Assembly (NCBI RefSeq): GCF_964188315.1
Contig: NC_135658.1
Coordinates: 68,448,001 to 68,512,000, forward strand
Length of the DNA stretch: 64,000 nt
DNA from: Podarcis muralis
Lineage: Eukaryota
Reading direction: 5' to 3'
Under the pieces are notes generated by a model. The model saw nothing but the letters and a program-made list of their open reading frames with translations, did not search any database and was not told the origin of the DNA. Positions 10,610 to 20,264 of this stretch are shown piece after piece (position 1 is the first letter of the stretch; every line of letters starts with the position of its first letter). Both the position numbers and the translations under genes were made by a program.

Positions 10610-11951
10610 GCTATAGAAGCATATACTCAGTGGTTTTGCTCCAAATTTTAAAAAGCAAACTAAAATGGATGGTCAGTTAATGACCTGTGATTTGACTGCT
10701 CTGTTTTCTGGCTCCTAGCACCCATGCTGAATGTTAAGGATAATTGGCATGCCTTTGGTTTCACTCATAAAGAAGAGAAAATGTTTTACTTCTCCGAGAA
10801 ACAGAAGTATTTCCCAACTTAATTTTAAATCTCTTTGAGATTTGTTATCTAATAACTTGGGCTGTGCCTGAGCCTGTATGTACTGCAAGTGCTTGCTAAT
10901 TGATGGCAGCAGCTATCTCCTACTCTCCAGATCTTTGGAGATTAGTGTGACCCCCCCAATGGCCATCCATGATCTGAATCTTCAAATTTATAACTTCTTG
11001 CAGAGCATAGTCCCAACTAAAAGCCGGTCATCTTTTGGCTCAGTCTCAAGAGTATCTCATAACTCTAGCAATTGTTTCTGTTTTTCATAACAGTGGGAAA
11101 TTTTATGGCTATTTTTTCCTTCTCCTGGTCCAAAATAAATGCGCTGCTTAAAACAAAGAATGAAACTAAAGGGCACCATTTGAATTTCAGCGCACCAACG
11201 ATTGAAGATTGCAAAGGGCTTCCACTTGATCTATCCTAATCACGTGTGACACTTTTCTAAAGAGAGTCCGAGAGCTCTGACATGGGAAAGGAATGAAAGA
11301 CAGTCATTGGAAGAAATGCTTTCATGTTGGTCTAATGACTGTATAAAATGCAGCATGTACATTCTTAAACCCTGGCAAGTAACTGATAAGTCTAAAGGGA
11401 GCTGTTAAGTATATGTGTGTCCAAGAAAAACTACATCCCTCTTTTTGCTTCCCATTCTACATGTTGACTGAATGCAGGGGCGGGGGGAGTAGGATCCCAC
11501 TTCCTGGCCCTGAGGGGCCTTTGAACATTTAGCAAAGGGTGAGCATAGAGCTTCTATGTGCCTATAGCTGTAGGCACACAGATTCCACACATTCAGAATC
11601 CCTCTTATTGAGGGGCTCCTGATCATGTCAAAGAGTCTATAAGCACACAGCTGTATGCATGGAGAGGCCTGATTTAACCTTCTGCTGAACTCACAAACGT
11701 TGGGGTGAACACCTTTGGAGGTTGGCAGGGCCAACTGGGCTCTCAACATGTGGAAAGAAGGATGGGAATAAGGTTAAAGTGTATCTTGATACCAGGGAAA
11801 AAAACAAATGTGTGCATCTGTGCTATTCCCATTTAATGCTGGTCACTTATACAATTACCAGTAGGTCAAAAGTATTCTGATTCCTCAGTTGTTTCATTGG
11901 TTATATTTTACCCCCTGCTATTTAGTAAAGATTTGCTTTCAAAGTGGTATA

Positions 11952-12171
11952 CAGTCATACCTCGGGTTACAGCTGCTTCAGGTTGCCTTTTTTTGGGTTG
12001 CGGACCGCCGAAACCCGGAGGTACCACAACGGGTTACTTCCGGGTTTTGGCAATCGCGCATGCACAGAAGCGCTAAATTGCACTTTGCGCATGCACAGAT
12101 GCGGGTTGCGAACGCTGCCGGTTGTGAACATGCATCCCGCACGGATCACTTCACAACCCGAGCATCCACTG
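11952..12171. mobile_element. Tigger-like MITE family B
   Basis: TA-CAGTCATACCTCGGGTTA ... CCACTG ends; related to 15012-15263. Confidence 0.8.
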
Positions 12172-12218
12172 TGTAGCAATTACACTCCAGCATGTATGCA
12201 TCTTGGGCGTGCCTTTTC

Positions 12219-12378
12219 TCATAGAATCATAATCATAGGACTGTAGAGTTGGAAGGGACCACAAGGGTCATCTAGTCCAACCCGCTGCAATGCAAGAATC
12301 ATTTGCCCAATGTAGGGCTTGAACCCACAACCCTGAGATTAAGATTCTCATGCTCTACCACCTGAGCTATACAATCTG
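12219..12378 (-). mobile_element. tRNA-Lys-headed SINE with CR1-type 3' tail
   Basis: Minus strand TAGCTCAGGTGGTAGAGCATGAGAATCTTAATCTCAGGGTTGTGGGTTCAAGCCCTACATTGGGC resembles tRNA-Lys(CTT). It is followed by GGGTTGGACTAGATGACCC...CCCTTCCAACTCTAC...ATTCTATG. Confidence 0.8.
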
Positions 12379-12801
12379 ACTCTTGGCAGCTGTTGACATA
12401 GTATAGGTTCCAGTCTGGGACAGCTGTGGGGGTGGGGAATGGGTTGCTGCTGGATTTGAGCTCCCTGATAGTAAAGGTGTCAGTCCACTGAAATGGTCCC
12501 TGCATTTATCTATGGTATGCCTGGAAGTTGTTGACATAGTCCAGATTTAGACCATTGCTGATTTGATTTAGAATGGCAGACTGGAGTTAAAATGCTTGCA
12601 TGATACTTGATTTTAATTGCATTTGTAAACATAAGTGGCTGTATTGTGGGGTATACTCCTCCAGTGTATATTTAATAAGTAACATGACCTCTTCTATAAC
12701 TTTAGACATCTCTTGTCCAGAGATGAACAATATGGTCAGCTAAAGTCAAGCATTGTAGTGTCATAAAGATACCAATGCTTTCAAAACTGAGGCTGCGACT
12801 A

Positions 12802-13027
12802 CAGTGGTACCTCAGGTTACATACGCTTCAGGTTACAGACTCCGCTAACCCAGAAATAGTGCTTCAGGTTAAGAACTTTGCTTCAGGATGAGAACAGAAA
12901 TCGGGCTCCGGCGGCGCGGCAGCAGCAGGAGGCCCCATTAGCTAAAGTGGTGCTTCAGGTTAAGAACAGTTTCAGGTTAAGTACGGACCTCCAGAACAAA
13001 TTAAGTACTTAACCTGAGGTACCACTG
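12802..13027 (-). mobile_element. Tigger-like MITE family A, copy 2
   Basis: Reverse complement of the 5744 family; TIRs and TA TSDs intact. Confidence 0.9.
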
Positions 13028-13149
13028 TATTTTCTTTTCAGAGGTCTGCTCAAGCCTCAGAAATTAGGATACTGTTTGTTTTATTTGAATTTTCTGGGTT
13101 ACTTATTTCACATTGCTACATTCATTGTTTGTCTACATGGCATGATTTT

Positions 13150-14030
13150 TTTTAAAAAATAGTTTAATTGGATTATAATGGTAACAAGACACACAAAGGA
13201 AACAAAACAGGAGTTCAAAATAATAGGCATATAATCTATATACAACAAAGAGGATATGTTGTGAATCTTGCATCAATTTAAGCATGAACTTTAGGGAGGG
13301 TTAATAAGAGGCCAGAACGTACATATATCCTCTCCATAGAGCAATTTGAATCAATGGTTGACATCGGATATTCACATTTCTATTCACATAAAACAAAAAG
13401 TGCCCTCAGATACTATCAGATTTATCAGTGCCCACCCCCCTAAGTATGCGGTATCAATACATCAGACTTTCAGAGACCAAATTTTATCCAAGCACCCTGC
13501 CGTGGTAAATTTGGATGTTTTCCATTGGTTGGCCAACTCTAAGCATGCTGCTCTTAGTAACACAGGAAACATGTTCCTTATGGATCTCAGAACCACCCAG
13601 TCTACTGATATTAAGTAATGCCAGAGGTGGAATTGGGGAGGGGGTGTTGTCCTATAATAGCCTATAGTTTGGGCAAGAACTCCATCCCAGTAAGTTTTCA
13701 CAAAACAACATTCCCACCAAAAATATTTGGATTTATGGTGTTTTAATTTAAGCAGAGTCCAGTGCCACCTATGGATTGTTTTTAAGGTTGCTTCTTGGAT
13801 GCTTTCTGAAACTGACTTCAATGTCATTCTCCTCCACATTGCATCTCACACACCATTTTAGTATTTAAGGAGGTACCAGCTTCTTCAATAAGTACCTTAC
13901 ATGTTAGGGATTTCTTCCCTTTCATATTGCATCCATCCTGTGCACATACCATGTAAGGCATCTTCTCGCATTTTCCACCCTTAATTATTTTCATGCAAAT
14001 AACTGGATTTGAAACATCTTAAACCAGGAT
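13150..14030 (-). mobile_element. Degenerate L1-clade LINE 3' fragment
   Basis: Minus ORF 13462-13839 (LKTIHRWHWT...RAACLELANQWK) resembles a decayed L1 ORF2 C-terminus. It is followed by an A-rich tail near 13150. Boundaries are approximate. Confidence 0.55.
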
Positions 14031-14617
14031 GGGTGCGGGGGGGGGTGGGTATCAGAAGATCAGAGTAGGTTTTGTGCCATCAGGGGCTGGCCATCCTTGC
14101 GTAGGTCTAAAACTGGATAACTTCTTGCCTCCTCACATCTCTGAAATTTGTGGTATTCATCAGATGGCATGAGCAATCTTCAGATGAAACTGAACTGTTG
14201 CTAACATTAATAAATAGTGTGCCTATTGATTTTGTAAGAAATCATGTTTGGATTATAAGAGATTGAAGGATACTTTCTCCATTGCAGGAAGATTTTGTCT
14301 TACATGAATTTTGTAGAAAGTAATACACTAAGCACAACTGTTTCATAGTGAATCTGAATATCAAGCTGTTTTCACACTTCCTTCATGCTCTTGGAATGTA
14401 ACTGGGTTTATGTACATCCACCCCTTTATTATGATGTAAGCTTGTACAATGATTCAACTACTTTTGTATGTATCTGATCCAGACATATACTGAGTTTACG
14501 TTTGAAGAACATAAGTTGTATTTCTCTTGTGCATGTAAATTTAGCCTCCCTGTGGACAGTAGGCAACGTTCCTCATGGTGAAATGCTAAGCAGAACTTAT
14601 GAAAAGGTGTAGACAGA

Positions 14618-14770
14618 CATAGAACCATAGAATTGTAGAGTTGGAAGGGACCCTGAGGACCATCTAGTCCAACCCCCATGTAATGCAGAAATACACAGCT
14701 GTCCCATATGGGGGATGAACCTGCAACCTTGGCATTATCCGCACCATGCTCTAGCCAACTGAATTATCCC
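14618..14770 (-). mobile_element. tRNA-Ile-headed SINE with CR1-type 3' tail
   Basis: Minus strand TTCAGTTGGCTAGAGCATGGTGCGGATAATGCCAAGGTTGCAGGTTCATCCCC resembles tRNA-Ile(AAT). It has the same GTTGGACTAGATG...CCTTCCAACTCTAC tail as 12219-12378. Confidence 0.75.
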
Positions 14771-15011
14771 AAAGTGGTTCATGAGCCATCTGAAAGACAA
14801 GAGAAAGTGAAAAGTCACTGAGTAATTGCCAAGTTTCTTAATACAGGAAAGGCTTGCTTCAGTGGATTATATTGACCCCATGGCTTTTGACAAAGGCAGG
14901 ACATCTGTATTCAGTGACTAAAGTGCAGTCACGAATCTTACTCAAGAATAGTAGGCTAGGGGGCACTAACATGGATTCAGTCCTTTAAAATGGACATCTA
15001 GCTTAGCACTA

Positions 15012-15263
15012 CAGTCATACCTCGGGTTAAATATGCTTCAGGTTGAGCGTTTTCAGGTTACGCTCCGCAGCGACCCGGAAGTAACAGAACGTGTTATTTC
15101 CGGGTTTCGCCGCTCACACATGCACAGATGCTCAAAATGACGTCACGTGCATGTGCGGAAGCGGCAAATCGCGACCCGAGCACGTGCAGATGCGGGTTGC
15201 ATTCGCTTCAGGATGCGATTGGGGCTCCGGAACAGATCCTGTTCGCATCCAGAGGTACCACTG
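15012..15263. mobile_element. Tigger-like MITE family B, abutting the Bov-B tail
   Basis: TA-CAGTCATACCTCGG ... GAGGTACCACTG. Confidence 0.85.
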
Positions 15264-15264
15264 T

Positions 15265-16834
15265 GTTGTTGTTGTTTAGTTGTTTAGTCGTGTCCGACTC
15301 TTCGTGACCCCATGGACCAGAGCACGCCAGGCACCTCTGTCCTCCACTACCTCCCGCAGTTTGGTCAAACTCATGCTGGTAACCTCGAAAACACTATCCA
15401 ACCATCTCGTCCTCTGTCGCCCCCTTCTCCTTGTGCCCTCCATCTTTCCCAGCATCAGTGTCTTCTCCAGGGAGTCTTCTCTTCTCATGAGGTGGCCAAA
15501 GTACTGGAGCCTCAGCTTCACGATCTATCCTTCCAGTGAGCACTCAGGGCTGATTTCCTTAAGAATGGATGCGTTTGATCTTCTTGCAGTCCATGGGACT
15601 CTCAAGAGTCTTCTCCAGCACCATAATTCAAAAGCATCAATTCTTCGGCGATCAGCCTTCTTTATGGTCCAGCTCTCACTTCCATACATCACTACTGGGA
15701 AAACCATGGCTTTAACTATACGGACCTTTGTTGGCAAGGTGACGTCTCTACTTCTCAAGATGCTGTCTAGGCCTGTCATTGCCCTTCTCCCAAGAAGCAG
15801 GCGTCTTTTAATTTCGTGGCTGCTGTCACCATCTGCAGTGATCATGGAGCCCAAGAAAGTAAAATCTCTCACTGCCTCCATTTCTTCCCCTTCTATTTGC
15901 CAGGAGGTGATGGGACCAGTGGCCATGATCTTCGTTTTTTTGATGTTGAGCTTCAGACCATATTTTGCGCTCTCCTCTTTCACCCTCATTAAAAGGTTCT
16001 TTAATTCCTCCTCACTTTCTGCCATCAAGGTTGTGTCATCTGCATATCTGAGGTTGTTGATATTTCTTCCGGCAATCTTAATTCCAGCTTGGGATTCATC
16101 CAGCCCAGCCTTTCGCATGATGTATTCTGCATATAAATTAAATAAGCAGGGAGACAAAATACAGCCTTGTCGTACTCCTTTCCCAATTTTGAACCAATCA
16201 GTTGTTCCATATCCAGTTCTAACTGTAGCTTCTTGTCCCACATAGAGATTTCTCAGGAGACAGATGAGGTGATCAGGCACTCCCATTTCTTTAAGAACTT
16301 GCCATAGTTTGCTGTGGTCGACACAGTCAAAGGCTTTTGCATAGTCAATGAAGCAGAAGTAGATGTCTTTCTGGAACTCTCTAGCTTTCTCCATAATCCA
16401 GCGCATGTTTGCAATTTGGTCTCTGGTTCCTCTGCCTCTTCTAAATCCAGCTTGCACTTCTGGGAGTTCTCGATCCACATACTGCTTGAGCCTTCCTTGC
16501 AGAATTTTAAGCATAACCTTGCTAGCGTGTGAAATGAGTGCAATTGTGCGGTAGTTGGAGCATTCTTTGGCACTGCCCTTCTTTGGGATTGGGATGTAGA
16601 CTGATCTTCTCCAATCTTCTGGCCACTGCTGAGTTTTCCAAATTTGCTGGCATATTGAGTGTAGCACCTTAACAGCATCATCTTTTAAAATTTTAAATAG
16701 TTCAGCTGGAATACCATCACTTCCACTGGCCTTGTTATTTGCAGTACTTTCTAAGGCCCATTTGACTTCACTTTCCAGGATGTCTGGATCAAGGTCAGCA
16801 ACCACACTACCTGGGGTGTATGAGGCATCCATTT
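15265..16834 (-). mobile_element. Bov-B (RTE) LINE, 5'-truncated ~1.57 kb, with the complete RT domain and one in-frame stop
   Basis: ORF 15525-16901 contains GVRQGCILSPCLFNLY and NNLRYADDTTL. ORF 15276-15521 continues in the same frame after TAG (15527-15525). It ends in a (CAA)n tail. Confidence 0.97.
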
Positions 16835-18233
16835 CTGTACTGCCTCCCAATTCAACCTTTAAATGAAATTGGATGCATTTAGTAGCACCATTTCCATCCA
16901 TTTCCTACCAATTTCTGCATGTTGCTCCATTTTCTTCTCAAACCCTTGCATCTCACCCCTCACACTCAGTAGGTTAGCAATAAGAAATCTGACCATGGGA
17001 AGACATCGTGTTAAAACGTTGTCCAGTACAATGTGAACAGATTCCTGCACGTCCCACCTCATTGGCACCAGCTCCAAGGAAGCATTCAGAAACGTTCACT
17101 TCCTTTAAAAAAAACACAACTATAACTTGTTTCATCCAAATCAACAAACTGTGCTTAAAAGATGCCAGTATGAAGCCGTTGCTTCTTGAGATACCCAGGG
17201 CTGACTAGGGACCTTCTGTCTTCAAAGCACATTTTCTCCCACAGAGCTTAGTTAAACAGAGCCTTTGTGTTCTCCTTGAGAATGTGGATGGTGGGCAGGG
17301 CTTGTAACCAAGCGAGTCTTTCCTCCATTCATCAGAGGGAAGGCCTATGTTCTACAAAGGAAGGAAGATCTACAACTGGCAACTCCCCTTCCACTTCCCC
17401 CCATAATTAAGTTGTGTTGGGACGAAATGAGCTTCTTGAACAAATGTTTAGTGTACATAATGTTTTTAGTATAATGAATCTTATTGTACTAGCTTGTGCC
17501 CCTCTTGTGAACGGTCTAAAGTTTTATGTTACTTTGGTTTGTTTTAATTCATTTAGTTTCTAAATAAAGCAGACAGCTGAAAGTAAACATTTATTGCTCA
17601 TCTCAGTTAGATCAGGAGATTCCAGTGTTCATAACATAGCATTTCCCAAAAATATTTTGACAGATATAGTCTTCACTAACATCATGTTAGAGTGGCCTAG
17701 GAGAGAATTTACTGCGGCAAAGTTAACACATGCTAGATTTCTTTGCACTACTGGTGGCAGGGATACATGAACCATTACTGCTCCCTGGGCAAAAAAAAAT
17801 CCACTGTGGTCCTTTGTCTAGAACTGTTATTTTTGTGCTTATCTGTGAACTTGTTAGTTTTCACGATTGGATCCTGAAAACAGTATTAAGGAGTAGCCCA
17901 GACTTCCAAAAGAAGTTAGTAAGCTACCTTCCAGATGACAAATTTAGTCTTTAGCCTTAATTATTATTAACATTGCTAAGGAATTTTAAATGAAGAATAG
18001 CAGTAATTAATCTTTCCTGCTCAAATTCCTTTTATTGATATCTTAATCTTTGTTGCTACCTTCATTTCATTCTGCGCAAATTGTAACATTAAGGCTGCAA
18101 TCCTATACTAATATATATGGGAGTAAGGCCCACGTAACTGAATAGGACACGGAGATAAGTAGATATGTATAGGATGCTTCTTGTTTAGGTTTGCTGAATC
18201 AGCTCATAAGTGAATCACGGTGCATATCTATTA

Positions 18234-18485
18234 TGTACTGAAGTTCTCACCCTGGGCCAGCAGGGGGATACTGTAGATAGTTCAGGTCTACATATGCAAA
18301 TAAGGGATTGAAAGTGACGTTAGTGATTGGATAGTTACAGAAAATGGTTACTGTTGCATTCTAGTGGAGCTCTATATAAGCAGGCTGGCTGAACCCTTCA
18401 GTTCAGTTCTGTTCTGGCCTGTGAATAAACAAGAGCTGTTTGAAGAATCGCTGTGTCGTCTGATATTTTCACCCACAACTTAACA
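18234..18485 (+). mobile_element. Solo LTR (252 bp)
   Basis: TGT...ACA termini; ordered ATGCAAAT, TGACGT, ATTGG, TATATAAG (18373), Inr-like TCAGTT, AATAAA (18424). The TSD is not clean (atta/atat). Confidence 0.75.
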
Positions 18486-19108
18486 ATATCTTTCAAACCA
18501 CACCTGACATTTTAAGTGTCACAATGTTGAATAATACCGAAGACAAGTGCAACTCTTTAGAACCTGCGTGCCAGATATTCATTAAAGTTTCAGTGGAATG
18601 TGACTTAAAACATACAAAACACGTATGCAAATATTGTTCATGCTTATGTGTTTGTGGCATTTGCTTGAAGATGTTTATGGATTTACACATATGTGTTGCA
18701 TTGAACAGTATAAACATAGGATGCTTTTTGCTTTCATTGGAAAGCTCTTTATGGTTGGAAGTTCATGACATATTTCAGCCTTGCTTTGCTTTCTGAATAT
18801 TCTACACTGCAAATATTCTGGTATATGGTGACGTGGAAATCCATGAAGTCCTTTTGAAATTTATTTCATCACTGGTCTAGCTCTTCAAGGTTCCAGACAG
18901 GAGTCTGTTTGCTTACTGGGGACTGAAATTGGGAACTTTTGCATGCAAAGTGGATACTATATCATTAAGCTAGCGCCATTCCCTAAATTGTAAATTATTA
19001 TTGCTTGTTCTGATATCCTTGGCTCTGTTAATAAGTAACATGCCTCACATTTCAGAATACTCATTTACATGTATAATAAATTAGAAATGAAAAGGCATCA
19101 TTTAGTTA

Positions 19109-19769
19109 CCGTATTGGCCTGAATATAAGCCTCACTTTCCCCCCAAATTCCGACAGTGAAAAGTTAAAAGTGTGGCTTAGATTCCCGACCTTAAGGTATG
19201 CAGCCAGGAGCGCCGCAAAGCGGCGCCCACCCCGCGCGTAGTCCTCCGTCCTCTCCCCCAAGGCTGGGAAGAGAGAGAGTGGGGAAGGGGAAAGGCTACC
19301 GGCAACGCAGCGCGACTCTCCCCGCACCCAGTTTGCAGCCAGGAGCAGCAAGGATTGGAGCAGGTTATATTCAGGTATTTCTGGTGCTGTGGGTTAAACC
19401 ACAGAGCTTAGGACTTGCCGATCAGAAGGTCGGCAGTTCGAATCCCCGCAACAGAGTGAGCTCCCGTTGCTCGGTCCCAGCTCCTGCCAACCTAGCAGTT
19501 CGAAAGCACCTCAAAGTGCAAGTAGATAAATAGGTACCGCTCTGGCGGGAAGGTAAACAGCGTTTCCGTGCGCAGCGCTGGTTCGCCAGAAGCGGCTTAG
19601 TCATGCTGGCCACATGACCTGGAAGCTGTATGCCGGCTCCCTCGGCCAGTAAAGCGAGATGAGCGCTGCATCCCCAGAGTCGGCCACGACTGGACCTAAT
19701 GGTCAGGGGTCCTTTACCTATTCCCCCCCTCCAATTTTAAAGGTGCGACTTATATTCAGGTCAATACGG
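19109..19769. mobile_element. Tc2/pogo-like MITE (CCGTAT TIR) with a GC-rich interior, split by a Sauria SINE
   Basis: TA-CCGTATTGGCCTGAATATAAG ... CTTATATTCAGGTCAATACGG-TA. Confidence 0.85.
19382..19719 (+). mobile_element. Sauria SINE copy 1 (nested in a MITE)
   Basis: tRNA-like head with B box GTTCGAATCC, conserved body, CCTTTACC tail. Confidence 0.92.
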
Positions 19770-20104
19770 TACATGTTCTTCAACTTGAATAAATGAAGAC
19801 ATGCTCCTGCCATGCACACAATCCTTGGTGGGAATTGCAGTGGTAGAGGTTCAATAAAGAGCCCTCCACAGGCTTTGTATGTGTCACTGGTTAAGCCAGA
19901 TAGCTGTCCTTTTCCAACCAATAATGTTAAAACAAGTTTAGAACTCCCTTCTGCAAAAATTATGGAATGTGCCATGGTGACTGTGGGTGTTTAATAAAGC
20001 GTAAGTTAAATGTTTAGTTATGGGATAAAGGGCTGAGTGGCATTCTCAGTGAACTGTTGATTATCCATATGACCCTTCATACTTTTCCACTTGATTTCCT
20101 GCAG

Positions 20105-20264
20105 GGTGACTTCACTTGGAACAGCATGTCAGGGCGCAGTGTTCGGCTGAAGTCTGTTCCTGTTCAAAGTCTTTCTGAATTGGAGCGTGCCCGGTTACAG
20201 GAAGTGGCCTTTTATCAGTTGCAGCAGGACTGTGACCTAGGATGTCAGATAACGATTCCCAAAG
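20105..20264 (+). CDS. ARHGAP6: ARHGAP6 exon 2 ([53 protein letters not shown])
   Basis: cctgcag|GGT ... AAAG|gtgaga; 160 nt, phase 0 to 1; peptide recognised as ARHGAP6. Confidence 0.97.

Noticed and set aside
12300-14770. Two tRNA-like sequences as functional tRNA genes
   Set aside because: Acceptor stems and arms are degenerate and each is fused to a CR1-type tail, so they are SINE heads.
15280-16245. 321-aa + strand ORF
   Set aside because: Antisense shadow of the Bov-B RT coding sequence; no independent gene signals.
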